Part shown: piece after piece, positions 1-13,569 of the stretch
Layout: the number at the start of each line of letters is the position of its first letter
Numbering within the stretch: the stretch's first letter is position 1
NCBI GenBank assembly: GCA_025603075.1
Contig: MU626367.1
Coordinates: 1-64,000, forward strand
Direction: 5' to 3'
DNA length: 64,000 nt
DNA from: Neoconidiobolus thromboides FSU 785
Lineage: Eukaryota > Fungi > Entomophthoromycota
The notes under the pieces: generated by a model
Seen by the model: only the letters and a program-made list of their open reading frames with translations
The model's database searches: none
Told to the model about the DNA's origin: nothing
Made by a program: the position numbers and the translations under genes

Positions 1-398
1 CAGCTATTTCTTTGTATTTTATTCCGGCTATTAGAGAATAATATAGTTTTTATCATATTATCTGGTCTAGACCATATAGTCTTATAAATCTATTGAATAT
101 TCATCTATAAACAAATACATCACATACTTGACCGTATATAAACTTATAGTAAGAATTTTACATAATATCTGTAGCTATTTAAATTCATAAAATCACCTAC
201 TTGTATTAAGTAATAAATGTAATTGGATAAATAGAGAAGATTAATCATTTAGAAAAGCTGGATAATAACAATCAAATATTTTACACAATATGATTGAATA
301 GAGTTGTGTATATTAATGAATCAAGATATGAATTACACTTTCTAAGTCTATACAAGCTAAACAGTTAATATTTAGCAAAGAAATAGATAATAAGAAAT

Positions 399-489
399 AG
401 GGATGTTTCCTTTTAAGAAATTTATCAACATTTTTCTGCTTAATAGCGCTTAAAAAATAGAAAAAATGATAAAACCAATAAAAAAGCCC
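399..489 (+). mobile_element. ~98-bp MITE copy 1 (degenerate)
   Basis: AGGGATGT start, core TAATAGCGCTTAAAAAATAGAAAAA, ends AAGCCC; flanked AAAT/AAAT. For all copies, + means the orientation in which TACTAAC reads on the plus strand. Confidence 0.8.
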
Positions 490-3400
490 AAATATTTTTT
501 ACCACACCTTACTATATTTTACTTTGTAAAGCTTATACTAGCTAAATGGCTCGGTGGTTTTCAGGGATGCCTATTGATAACATTGGTCTGGGACTATATT
601 TGAATCAGTAATACATATTTTAGAAAAATGTGTATTATTAATTTGAATTCGTAGATAGTGTAGATGTTCTAAAGACCCCCTATTGATTAACGTTGGGGCT
701 TTTGAAGTTCAAATTTGAACTAGTTAGCGGCGATTTTTGTAACCAGTAACTTATATTATTATGCATTTTGCAATCTGATATTTGAATTCTCATTTTAAAA
801 TGAGCAAACAACCACTGCATATGTGTGCTTTAATAGGTGTAACAATCTCATTTTCACGGATACTTTAATTTAATATGTGTGGAATTAGTTTAAATTAAAC
901 AAGCTGGGACTCAAATCAAGGTCATAGTTATGGAGTATTGTTAATTTTACAAAGTTTATATTAGGAAACATTTAGGATTTCAAAGGAACCTTAGTGTAAC
1001 TAATAAAGTCAAAAAATATCATGCTTATGATATTTTGTTTAAATTACATATATAATCAGTAAATAATTTACACATTTGACTTTTTTGTATTTGAACTTTA
1101 TTAAGCTAAATAACTGAATTGCACTCCTGATTTAAATTAAACATGGGCTGAGTATTTTTCTTTTGTGTTTTCTGGGTTTAATTATAGGGACTTTCTATTT
1201 TCGAAACCATTAGATATATATATTTAAAATGACCAGACCATATTTGACTTAAATCAATGGTAGTAACTAAATTTTTCAGATCGTGACATTGTCATTGAGA
1301 TAGCATTGAGTTAAAAACGATACATAGAAACATTGTAGCTTGTTTACCAAGCTACCTTTTTAACTTGGAAATAATTTTTCTTACACACCATGAAGCTATT
1401 ATAAATCAAAGATAGATATTCAATTAAGACTTTGTAGTTGTATATTTGCATTTAATTTAGAATAACTTCGAGTTATGTAAGAAAAACTAGTGCTAAATTA
1501 TACCAGCAGTAGTTATAGAAATTATATAGAAATACCTTTTTCATTATTGTTTTAGCTATTTTTTATGGAACTTGATTATTAAATTTTCAAGCCCTTTCAA
1601 GAAAGAGGTTTATGTAGCTTAAGGTTAAACAAATCATTAGCTATATGGTGAGATAAAAAACTTATCATGTACTTTACAGGTAGTTAATACTTTTAAGATT
1701 ATAAACTATTTTAGAAAGGTTACCGCTTAAGCATCATGGTTTATACTATATTAAAATATAAAATTTTAATGTAAACGACGCGTTTTTTTAGGACCTTTGC
1801 AGTACTTATTAATAAGCCTCTAACTTCTCTTCACTTCAAAGTTGATTCATTGCACTAAACCTTCACTCATATTTTAAGTCTATGCACTTATGGCATTCAG
1901 TTTGGTTTCCATCACGCATAATAAGTTTAATATTAAATATATTGTTAATTTTATTGTTGCTTTCTTTTTAGTAACTTTAAATATATCATAAGAAATAAAA
2001 ACTTAAATTAATATAAACAAATTTAATTAAAATACAATTTCACAAAAACTGAATATTATTTTATTAACCGAAAAGTTGTTAGCAATATTTCGGTAAATTT
2101 AATGGAAATATTTATAATTAAATGGGTAGTAAAGCACGTCTTAAAGAGTATGCGATGAAATAGCTGACATCCGCATAAACAGGACATTAGCATTGGGATT
2201 AAGTATGTTTATATGACCAATGTTTGTATCCCTTGAAAACGGAAATATACACTAATATATTTTAAAGATTAAGACGAATGAATTATTAAGAAATGATATA
2301 ATTTTAAACCTTTGAGAACCGCAGGTACTTTACTCTTATGTTGTTGATTAAACAAACACATATCAGTCATGTAATTTTAAAAATGAAGCATAAGTAGTTA
2401 TAGAATATTCGATTGTTTATTTTTAAAACAAAATGTGCTTATATCGAATATATTCGCATTTTCACTCATAAAAATAAGGAACATATACATCATCGCTTTA
2501 GATTCTATCAAAATTGGCGATATCATTATGTTGGAAAGATTATAAAGATCAATTTAATTATGATTTTATGAATATTGTTTATAATAGTCAATTGAAAAGT
2601 AAATATGAATCTGTTATTCTTATATAACAAACATTATTTATTATTAAATTAAGTAATAAATACAATCTAGAAAGCTTTTCCCAATTTGTATATTTTTTCT
2701 AATTATAGATGATAACCTTAATTAAATAGCTATTTTATTATTATCTTTTATATTGTTGATATACTAATTCAGCTGTTTTAACATTATAAAGCAGCAATCA
2801 ATATGCTTAACTTTATTATCCTTGAATCATATAACGACGTATATTATTATTTCCTACAGCTATCATCTGCTTATAGTCAGCTTATGATTTTTAGGAGGCC
2901 AAACTCTGGCAAATTCGAGTATTGGATTCTTTATTCGAAATGATTCAAATAAGGATAAGAGATAAATAAATAAGTAATACTGTTTCTTTGAAGAGTTTTT
3001 ACTTTATTTATGGGCTTATTAAAATAATTCTTTTACCTCGCCCGTCCAACTTGGGCCGCTACTTGGCCAAATAAATTAAATGTAAACACCCTTTCATTTT
3101 AACACTTTGTTTTTTTCCTAAGGGTAGGAGCTAAAAACTATCATACGAACTTTCATATGAAACAACCTAGATAGTTTATCATATAATGATTTTTTAAAGC
3201 GTTGCTTTTGTTGTTATGCAGTCGGTTGATAGTTTCTGTATTTGAACAAGTCATTAACCCTGGTATTAAATTATTATATCAAAAATATACATAAAATTTA
3301 TACTAGCTGATAGGCTATACATTTTTACTCAATTGCTTTAGCTATAAAGTTCATTATGATAAATTACAGGCTCAATAAAGTAAATTAACAAATATCTAAT

Positions 3401-3884
3401 AGACATATTTAATGTCAACTTTATATACTTATATTAAAAAAGAAATTGATTTTTTTGAATTTAGGATTGAGCCTTATGATCCTTTATTACTAATAATTAT
3501 TATTTTTCAATTTTAATCAATTACAAAATAAAAGAGATCGTAGTAAAAATAAATAGTTACACAAACAAAACATACAATATAAAGACATTAAATCTATTAT
3601 ATAAAAAAGCTTTTAAACAAGATAAAGCTTTCTGGTTTCGACACAAAAATAAGTTCATTTATCATATTGCGTTATTTTAAAGTAAATTATAACTTAGAAT
3701 GATTTATTATTCATTTGACTTCGGAAGAAAAAAGTATATAAATAGAGCTCAGAAACAACATCTAACTTTAAAAAAGACATTTTTATCTATTTATCTATTA
3801 CAAGCTATGCTAGAGCCTGCTAAGATCTATAAAAACTATACCTATAATTTTCCATCTATTTATAATAATAAAACGAACTATAAT

Positions 3885-4343
3885 ATGAACAATGATGATA
3901 AGATTAATATTAATATTGAGGAAAAAGGCCCCAGAGGGATATTCAAGAGAGAGCGACGCAAAATATTAGAATCCATATATAAAATTAACCCTTATCCATC
4001 TAAATTGACAAGAAAAAAGTTATCTGAGCAGTTACAAATGAATCCAAGAGAATTTCAAATTTGGTTTCAGAATCGTAGATCAGTAGAAAAGAGGACGACT
4101 AATTTTATTCCAATAAACACAGGTTTACAATGGAAAGATGAGATTAAAACCTCTCATTTTTTAAAGCTTCCTTTAGCTTCATCCCCTGAAAGGAATAATA
4201 ACACTCTAAATTTTTCACCTCCACTTTCATCTCAAGAAAACTTCGAATCAAATTACAACTCAATGAGCAATTCGATCTCTTCTTCTCCTTCATCTATAAC
4301 TAACAGCACAGAAAGGATGAGTTTGAATTATCTACTAATATAG
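3885..4343 (+). CDS. Homeodomain transcription factor
   Basis: LESIYKINPYPSKLTRKKLSEQLQMNPREFQIWFQNRR is a homeodomain with the WFQNRR helix 3, followed by a Ser-rich tail. ATG 3885 is preferred over the ORF-track start at 3699, whose upstream part is AT-rich and low-complexity. Confidence 0.85.
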   Translation: MNNDDKININIEEKGPRGIFKRERRKILESIYKINPYPSKLTRKKLSEQLQMNPREFQIWFQNRRSVEKRTTNFIPINTGLQWKDEIKTSHFLKLPLASSPERNNNTLNFSPPLSSQENFESNYNSMSNSISSSPSSITNSTERMSLNYLLI

Positions 4344-4580
4344 CTACTCTTTCTTTGTCTCTCATTATACATCATTTCTTAAATAAATCATGTATTTGAA
4401 TTATTGGATTATTTATGGTTATAGTCACCAATTTATCTTTATAGAATAAAATTGATACTATACAATATGTTCGTTTTCATAAAGAACTACAATTGGTTTT
4501 CAATAATATCATCATATAATAATAAATTAATCTTTCATTTTTAAAATGATAGAATAAATCAAATTTAATTTTATTAAAAT

Positions 4581-4650
4581 TTATTATCTGTAATATTATT
4601 ATTTGTAATATTATTATTTGTAATATTATTATTTGTAATATTATTATTTT
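4581..4650. repeat. 15-bp tandem repeat (TTATTATTTGTAATA) x~4.5
   Basis: Directly visible; explains the IILQI-repeat ORF at 4477-4671. Confidence 0.9.
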
Positions 4651-5520
4651 ATCTTGAAAAGTATAAAACATTAAATGCTTATGAAAAAATTATAGAATTA
4701 AAAAGTTGAAAAGAAGGCAGCTAAATTTAATTTGTACTGACCAGATAAAAAATTGGAAAGAAAAAATATGTACTTATTACGATTTGTACAAGCTAATTGA
4801 TGATAAAAAAGATGAAAATAAATAAGGAGACTATTATTGTTTATTTTGGTATTAAGTTTTATATAGTTTAGATGAAGTAAGGTAGTAGCTATATAGTCGC
4901 TTTTTTATTGCTATTTATAAAAAAGCTTTGCTTTATCTAAGAACTTGAAAAATCTAGAGAATATAAATATAGAATATTCAAAAAAGGTTTCAAAGTTTAA
5001 AGAATTTTTTAACGGATAACTTAAACTTAAAATACGTTGACAAGTTAATTTTTCTTAATATCTAATTTACCTTTTTGACTTTACCAATATTTGAATTTTC
5101 TGCTAAAATTTATAGTAAAAGGTTATTAATCAAGAACATTTCTATCTATTTTTAACAAGTTTATTCCTTAAAAGCAGCTTGATATATGACTTGTCTCCAT
5201 TCTTTCCCAATCTCATACTATACACTCAAAAAGCATCTATAAAATATTTAACATCTGATTAGTATTTTTAAGCTTAAACAATAATCAATCTATGACACTT
5301 TCATTATTTTATTAAAAACACAGTAAAACACAAATACCCTTAGATATAGAGTAATCAAAGAATTTTATATTTTAGCTTATCTTGAACTTACCTGTTATAT
5401 CTTTAAAATGTTACTTTTATTTTTGATTTGTATTATATATAATTACCAGTTTCTTAGTAAACCTAACTATGTTTAAATGGATTTTTTATTTTTTTATTTT
5501 TAGTAACTTTTTTAACATAT

Positions 5521-5617
5521 GGGGATATTCTTTTTGGTTTCATTACTTTTTCCATTTTTCAAGCACTATTTGAGCGGAAAACTTGTTAGTAAAATTCTTA
5601 AACAAAAATATATCCCC
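5521..5617 (-). mobile_element. MITE copy 2
   Basis: GGGGATA...TATCCCC termini with the full internal core; flanks ATAT/AATA are an imperfect TSD. Confidence 0.9.
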
Positions 5618-6662
5618 AATAAATGTTTTTCAATGAAGTTTTCTAAGAAAATGTATTTAAAATCTAGTAGAAATTCAGCTAGCTTACAATATAAACTATA
5701 ATAGAATAATTTAAAACTGTGTTCGGGTACTTTTGTTTTAATAAAAGATTTGATTCTATAGAATTTTAACCGAAGTTTTTAAAATACAAAATATTTAAAA
5801 ATTGGATAAAATAATGAAACTAATTCGGACATCCCCACATCAAGTATACTACACCAAATTATTCAAATTAAGTTTTATATCAATAGATAGTCTTTTGTTA
5901 TACTATCATATAAATTTATTAACTTTGATTTCATTTTACTAGGAAAATTCTTTAAGAAGGTTGTTTTCTAAAATTCATTAAAATATAACAATTATTAAAA
6001 TACTATCTTCATTAATAATCACGATAGTCATTGCGTTCTGGAGGAAGTATAATATAATAAGATGGTTTTAAAAAATTGGTAAAAATCATCATAAATTTTT
6101 TTGTTTAATAATAATTTTATTTAAGAAAATTTTGTTTTCCATTAATTTATAAAGTTAGCTATTTTATATTTATTTTTGTAATAGTTATAATTAAACTAAA
6201 CCTCGATGATAAAAAGCAAAGAACGTTAATTTCTATTTAATATAACTCATAAGGATATAAATAGAAGTGTCCGAAGTTTATTCATAGAAAAATTCCATAA
6301 TTTAGAGCTACATGCAGTTAGATGTATTTATTGATTTTAACTTGTGGTTGATTTTTCTAATGTGAGTTTTAAGACCAGAGTTTTTCTTATAATCCTAAAT
6401 TCATATTAAAAAATATTGAAGCAAATTAAAAATAAAGAAAGGCGTTTAACTGCAAGCTATTCTAACTGAACAAGGAATAAAGTTAATAAATAATCCCATT
6501 TTATTGTTTCTCCTCATTTCTGATTTTTAATTTATCCAATTTTGGATTCTAACAAAATACTAATGATATGTTATGTAATAAAATGGGGTAAGTAAAAAGG
6601 TATAAAATAAGTGAAATTCAAATGATATTGCTCACTTTTATTAAAATTTTATAGTGGAAAAA

Positions 6663-7499
6663 ATGGATCCAATAATAATATCTTTACCAACAGATTATTT
6701 TAGAACTGTTAATCAAGATTTATTGATTTATTCACTTACTTTCGTTTTTCATATAAAACTAATTATTAATCTGTTTCAAACTATAATCAAAAAAGTGTTA
6801 AACATTTATACCATCTTAATACTAGTTATAGGAGCAACAGCAATTTGTTGTCATATAAGTAGAATATCAGATTTTTACAATAATACATTATGTACTATAA
6901 AACCAAAATTAAATATAACAATGGCAATGATAAGTGTATCTTTATCGGATATTTTAATTGTAATAGCAATTTTAAATGTGTTGTCTGAAGTAATAAAGCA
7001 TAAACTATTATTACAGGGCATATCAATAAGTTACATAATAATCAATAGTGCTTTAAAGATTTGCTCTTTATTAATGTTATTTTTTAGTATTAATGGATTT
7101 AAAGATGAATTCGATTTCTGTTCTGCTACTATGAATGTTCATTATTTGGCAATTTATTCATGGGTTGAGTTTAGTATTAATCTTTTTTCATTGACATTAT
7201 TATCAGTAATATTATTAGTATTAAAATACAATTATAAAGAATTATTTAAGGACAATAATTTAATTTTAGCCTCAATATTATTATATTATACTTATGGAAT
7301 GATATTATATATACCAATGATAGTTACCTCCGCAAGTTTACCAAATGCTAATAATGATGTTATCTTTCATCTTAAATGGGCACTTCAATCGAATATTTTA
7401 TTTTATATTTCAAAGCATTTATTTTTAAGTAATACTAAATCATCCTTCTTTTTTATTGTATCAATGTCTTCTTCATTATACAATAAATCCTCCAGTTAA
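6663..7499 (+). CDS. Orphan multi-pass (about 7 TM) membrane protein, GPCR-like topology
   Basis: Intronless ORF with about 7 hydrophobic segments and loop cysteines; ATG at 6663; no family motif recognised. Confidence 0.5.
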   Translation: MDPIIISLPTDYFRTVNQDLLIYSLTFVFHIKLIINLFQTIIKKVLNIYTILILVIGATAICCHISRISDFYNNTLCTIKPKLNITMAMISVSLSDILIVIAILNVLSEVIKHKLLLQGISISYIIINSALKICSLLMLFFSINGFKDEFDFCSATMNVHYLAIYSWVEFSINLFSLTLLSVILLVLKYNYKELFKDNNLILASILLYYTYGMILYIPMIVTSASLPNANNDVIFHLKWALQSNILFYISKHLFLSNTKSSFFFIVSMSSSLYNKSSS

Positions 7500-7888
7500 A
7501 TTGAATAATTTTTATAATTTTTAATACATACTAATTTATTAATTTATTATTTGTTTTTCTATTTAAATAAATCTATTTATTGCTTACATGGAAATTGAAG
7601 ATTAGTAATTTTAGATTTATAGTAGCCAATCAGAAGTGCTAATAGATTATAAGCCAATGAAAGGATACCATGGAGCTTGATTTTTTCTATAAAAACCAAT
7701 TATAGTAAATGAGAAACGATAATAAATGGTTGAATAAATTCTAGTTTACGGGAACATAAAGTTAATTAGAAATAAACCAAAGTTGAAGCTTACTCTTTTT
7801 ACAAAACGAAAAACAAAAGATTATAAAACAAACAAAAAAACAAACAATAAAAATAATAAAAGTTGTTTAGTTTAATAATAAAAGAGAA

Positions 7889-9147
7889 ATGTTGAGTAAT
7901 TTAGAATTAATTAAATGGGGTATATTAAATTTACCAAAAACACATTGGCATAGTCAATATTTACCATTATCTATCTTATCTACTTTACATGCTACTCGTG
8001 TTGCTTTGTTTTCAAGATATTTATTTGGTGATAAATCAACTAATAATAAATATCAAGTTCCTTGGTTACAGGCTTTAATTGTTAATATTATTTTAGGTTT
8101 AGGTGGTGGTATATTAAGTAGTAAGTTTTATTGTTTATTTATTATTTTGTTTCTTAAATTTATTAATAAATCAATTTAGGTTTTTTGTTTGGTAGATATG
8201 TACCATGGTTAGCTTCTAATACTATTATACCATTATATAGGTAACTTTAACTTAGTTTATTCTTTGTTTTTATAACATTTATATTTTATTATAAAGTACA
8301 ATTCATTTTATTATATTTTATTCACCAAATGATTTAATATTTAAAATATTACTTCCATTTCTATCTTTAATCAACCCATTACTTATTATTGCTGATGGCG
8401 TAAGTCGTGGTTTTGCTGTAACTTCAACTATTGATATTATTAGAGCAAGTAATTCATTACCATTAGCTAATTCTTATGTAGCTATGATTTTGGGAGGTAC
8501 TGTAGCTGCTTGTGGAGGTGGAATAATGATGGGTAAGTATAATATCAATTATATCATTATTAAACAACAATAAGGATTTAACTTTCTTAGATTTATTTAA
8601 GCTAAATCAACCAGAATGGGGATTACAAACACCTAATTTTGTTAAGAATATACCATTAGGTATACGTACTCCATTTTATTTAGCTATCTTTTATATAGTT
8701 AGTACAACTCAAGAATTAATTAGTGCACAACACTTGATTCAATTAGCCAAACAGTTCAATTTATTTGATCAATTAGAATCCATTATCTCATTAATTGGTA
8801 ATGTTAATTTATCAGACGCTCAAGTTATTGTATGTATTTTGTTTACTTGTGTTTTATTTTATGAAGAATATGTGGTAAATTCAATGTTTAAGTTTGTTAA
8901 ATATTCATCAAAGAGTAATGGAGTTATTGAGAAACCTATTAATAAAGAGCAAATCGAAGATATTAATGCTTTAAATTCATCTTTCGATTCTCAAGCTAAA
9001 ACTAATGGTAATAAAAAAATGAATGGTATTAGAGAACTTAATATTAATGGTATTAATAAAAATCCCAATGAAAATGGTAATATATTAAAAAGTCGTCCAC
9101 CTTCCCCTTCAAGACTTTCTGTAAGATCCGTTCCACCTCACGAATAA
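7889..9147 (+). CDS. TRIC/TMEM38-like membrane protein (4 exons)
   Basis: Splicing three GT-AG introns (about 8130-8180, 8240-8297, 8533-8590) gives a continuous protein with two repeated glycine motifs (GLGGGILSS and GGTVAACGGGIMMD) as in the TRIC fold, ending in the 8734-9147 ORF. Confidence 0.6.
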
Positions 9148-9497
9148 GAGCTATATTTTTGTAGTTTATTTTTGACTATATGCCCATTTAAAAAAATCAT
9201 TAAATCATTATTGCATTTTAAGTTATTTTTGCTTTTTTATTTTTCTATTAAAGATAGTCTATTTTAATTTCATTTTTATTATATTTTAAAAAGAAACCCA
9301 TTAAATTTATTTATTCAATATTTAAGTATTATTACTACTCTTCGAATTCAGCTTAACTTTCCAACAATATTAGGCTGACGTAAGTCAGCACTTGAAAGCT
9401 TAAAAAATAAACCAATAAAATACCATCTCACTTAATTTAAAACTCCAAAAAAAATCCCAAGCTTTTTAGTTTATTAAAAAAATAACAATAACCCAAT

Positions 9498-10314
9498 ATG
9501 TCCCAATATAATTTTTCATTGACGACTTTCTCACCCTCTGGTAAATTAGGTCAAATCGAACATGCCTTAACTGCTGTTTCCAAAGGTGTAACTTCAGTTG
9601 GTATAAAAGGTAAATATAAATTTATTTGTTTTTAATTTCAAACTTTAATTTCTTAACCATTTCAATTTAGCCAAAAACGGTATTGTTATAGCAACTGAAA
9701 AAAAGAGCGGTTCAATTTTAGTAGATAGTAGTAGTAGCGAAAAGATCAGTAATGTCAATGGTACCATTGGTATGGTCTATAGTGGAATGGGCCCTGATGC
9801 ACGAGTATTAGTGAATCGAGCACGTAAATCAAGTCAAGCATATCGTCGAGTATATTTAGAAGATCCCAGTAATTTAGCATTAGTAAAAGAAGTAGCTGGG
9901 GTGATGCAAGAATTTACACAAAAAGGAGGGGTAAGGCCATTTGGAGTCTCTTTATTGATTGCAGGCTATGATAAGGGTGAGCCTAGTTTATATCAAGTGG
10001 ATCCTTCTGGTTCTTATTTTCCTTGGAAAGCAACTGCCATTGGTAAAAATATGGTAGCTGCTAAAAGCTTCTTAGAAAAGAGATATGATGCTGAAATGTT
10101 ATTAGAAGACGCAGTACACACCGCTATTTTAACTCTTAAAGAAGGGTTTGAAGGTGTTATGAATGAAAGTAATATTGAAATTGGTATCATTGGGGAATCT
10201 ACAGTTCCAAATCCAAGTCAAATGCCCCAATCTGGCTTTGGTATCCAACACGGTGCTCACTTCCGTCGCCTTTCTCCTAGTGAAGTTAAGGATTATTTAG
10301 CTACTTCAAATTAA
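9498..10314 (+). CDS. PRE8: 20S proteasome subunit alpha type-2
   Basis: [25 protein letters not shown]-terminus; intron 9610-9670; [11 protein letters not shown] and YQVDPSG motifs. Confidence 0.95.
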
Positions 10315-10929
10315 GTGATTAAATTGGCTATACTTTTTCCGGTTATTTTTAATATATATTTGGTAAAATTATTAATAGTTAAGTTGATCTATGCTTTAAA
10401 TGTTTTGAATTGTAAGATTAAACGATAATCTTTATTTTTTGTTGAATCTAAATGTTGATAAAGCTTGGTTTTATTATTATAAATATCAATATACTACATA
10501 AAATCATCATATTCTATATATGTATAATATCGTAGTATATTGTTTTTAGTATATAATTTTGTATATTTTAATATATTAGATATTATACCAATAAAAAAAA
10601 TGAAATAGGTATTATTATCAAAAATCTACTTGCAAATTCATGTCTATTTTTGTTATCAATTCAGACCATTATTTAGATTGTTTACATGGTTTAATTCCTT
10701 CAAAGCTATTATTGTATATAGTAATTTGAATATTCAAAGCTAATAACTATATAACTAAATAAGCTTACACTTTATTATACACTTTAAACCAAGAATTCAA
10801 ACCAATTAAATAATTAACAATAACAAAGCACAATTAAGTAATATTAGAAATGAACCCATCATGACGTAAAGTAATAAAAAACTATAAATAAAATGCTAAG
10901 TGAAAATAAACTTTAAAAGATTTTAAAAA

Positions 10930-11351
10930 ATGAGATTATTACGTTTATTACCCAAGATATCAACAGTGAGAGTAAGCAAGATGGGCAAGTTACAAATGAT
11001 TTATGGTGTCAATCGAATAAGCATTGAAGGCTTCAAATCCAAAATTGAAGATCCAGCTGAAAATAGAATCTTTGACATTATTAAGAAGGTGCAGGGCATA
11101 GATAAAGAGGTAATCGATAAAAAAGTAATTCAAATAAAACACATTTATAATCTCTATCTTGATAGTTAAAACCCAATATGGAGTTATCTAAAGACTTGGG
11201 AGTGAACTCTAGTAATTTAGTTCCATTTCTTAATGCTTTAGAAAAGGAGCTACTCTTTAATATTCCTATTGAGAAAGCTATCACTTTTACTACTCTTGCT
11301 GATCTCCTCAGATACCTTAGTGAATTGGAAGATAAAAGGGTTACAAAATAA
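10930..11351 (+). CDS. Divergent mitochondrial acyl-carrier-protein-like protein
   Basis: Basic presequence; phase-0 intron (donor 11110 or 11125, acceptor 11165); exon 2 reads LKPNMELSKDLGVNSSNLVPFLNALEKELLFNIPIEKAITFTTLADLLRYLS, colinear with ACP helices II-IV. Confidence 0.7.
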
Positions 11352-11510
11352 ATGGTTATATGTATTATGTAGTAAGATACTTGTATTTTATTTTGTTTTT
11401 ATAAAATTTCAATATTGAAATCGATTCCATTTTAAACAAGAACTATTATTAGAATGATAAAAGATAAATTAATATTTAAATGTAGTTTATTATATTTTTG
11501 TAAAGAAAAT

Positions 11511-13569
11511 CTAAAGTTTAGCTTTTTCACTAGCAGCAAATACGGCTCTAATAAGCTCCAAAGATTTATGAAGTGAATCAGCCATAGCATTCACATCGGG
11601 TGTGATATAACCATCATTTGTATTATTTACTGGCTTAATAGCTGTAACATTAAATTGAATTGCATCTTTTTTAATCATATAGGCAATACCATAACCATCA
11701 GGTACAACTTCACCCCAACCATAACCATCAAAGTGTTCAGAACTTAATTGAGAAGTAGATAAGTTCCAATGGCTAGTAAAAGTATAAGAAGGGTCTTTGA
11801 ATAGTTCTGGTACAGGTTCATCCTTATTTACGCTAAGTTTAAGACCTAATAAATGTCTATCAACTCCTTTACCTTCTACAGCATCAGAAATATAAGCTAC
11901 ATGGGATTGAATTGCCTTTAAAACTAATTCATGTTTTTGTTTTAAACTTAATTGATCATTAACCATTCCTTTACAAAAAGCAACACTATCTTCAGATACA
12001 GTTCTACAAACTTCAGTACGTCCAGAATGGAATCTTCTTGTAGTAGCCGATTCATAAGTAGGTCCAAATTTACCATGTAAAAGATAAAAGGCTAATTGAA
12101 TTACCATTTGAGCATAGGCATCCGGACTAACCTTAAATTTTTTAATACTATTTTTACCATAGCTTGATTTAACCACTTTTAGATCATGTTTATTAATTAA
12201 ATTATTAAAAGCAACTTCGGATTCCTTAATAATAGTTTGAATATCATTATTTAGTTCAAATTTTAATTCTGTTGGTGGTAATAATCCTTCTTTATTGAAA
12301 GAAGTACCATGGTTGACTTGTTTTTTAGTTAAAACAGTATTGACATAATCATTTAAACGACAAGTTGGAGTACCATCCATTCTTGAATGCTAAAGTAAAT
12401 AATTATTATTAAACTGTATTAAGTATAATAAAATAAGCTTACTTCTCCGTTGAAACCAGCTACCCCATTTTCAAATACAATAAATTGAAGTGATTTATCA
12501 AAAAATCTGTTTTTACCATCTCCGTGCCAGCAAGCTCTAGAAGCCTCATCTTTATTAGCAGGTGAAGTTTCATCCAAACATAAAAGGAAAGAAGCAGATT
12601 CAACAGCATTTAATGATTCTGAATTTTTTTTAGAATGTTGAAGCAACTTATTACGTGCCTAAATAAATAAATAAATAAACTGATAGTTAAAAGAAATGCC
12701 AATAAACTTACATCTAACCAGATATCCCTATTTTGAGTAGTAAGAAGACCAATAGGATTTGGATCTGCTTTATCACCAGCTAATTCAATAATTTGACTTA
12801 ATTGATAATCAATTTCTTTGGTAGATAATCGTTGACCATTTTTATTATTTAATTCCAATTTAAAAAATTTGTTTTTTCTAGCTACAATCACATGTTGATT
12901 CTTTTCCATATCAAAAGTTTCAACATAATCCGAACCTTCTGCTGGGATACGAGTAGCATTAAACATGTATTTATAGGTGGACATGCATAATGGTCCTTTA
13001 CGATCTTTCTCTGGTTCTAGTTCTTCACTTACAACTAAATCTTTAAATTGTAAAGCAGCTTGAATAATCTCTGCACCTCTGGTAGTATTCTTAATTTGAC
13101 TTGGTAGCATATTATAAACATAAAAATAAGATACATAAATAACAACTGGATCACGATACGAAAAATAAGCTATATCATTCCACCAAGCATCTAACCAGTT
13201 TAAAATAGATTCATTTGAAGCCCTAGCTTGTAATCTCTTTTGTAGTTCGGGTCCAACTTCGTTTTGAAACTTTTCAACTACTTTTAAAGTATTTTGATAT
13301 TGCTCTTCAGATACCAATGGTTTAACAGTTTTAATATATTTCTTTAATGTAGCCTCTAATTCAGGAACTGGAAGTTTTGGTAAACTATTTTGAAATTGAT
13401 ATAATGGTTTAGTTATTTCTGGAGTAGAGGTAGTAGCAGCTGCTAAGTTTAAATTGACTTTGGAAGTGCTCATAGTTCTAATTAAATTTCTAAAAATAAA
13501 GGAATTCAACATTTACATTAAAATATTATTCATTTTAACTTACCTGCTCTTTAAAAGGGTACGTAACAT
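11511..13569 (-). CDS. CAT2: Carnitine O-acetyltransferase (mitochondrial/peroxisomal)
   Basis: LPKLPVP, NRFFDK, EHSRMDG, TYESATTRRF and GVDRHL motifs; introns 13490-13543, 12659-12721, 12390-12442; presequence exon MLRTLLKSR; C-terminal AKL. Confidence 0.93.

Noticed and set aside
3699-3884. N-terminal extension of the homeobox ORF
   Set aside because: AT-rich UTR-like composition; ATG 3885 is more plausible.
4477-4671. 64-aa ORF with IILQI repeats
   Set aside because: It is the translation of the 15-bp tandem repeat.
5519-5701. 60-aa ORF
   Set aside because: It reads through MITE copy 2; no coding evidence.
5822-6279. TTCGGACA...TGTCCGAA inverted pair as element termini
   Set aside because: Only 8 bp, no TSD, and no second full copy in the window.
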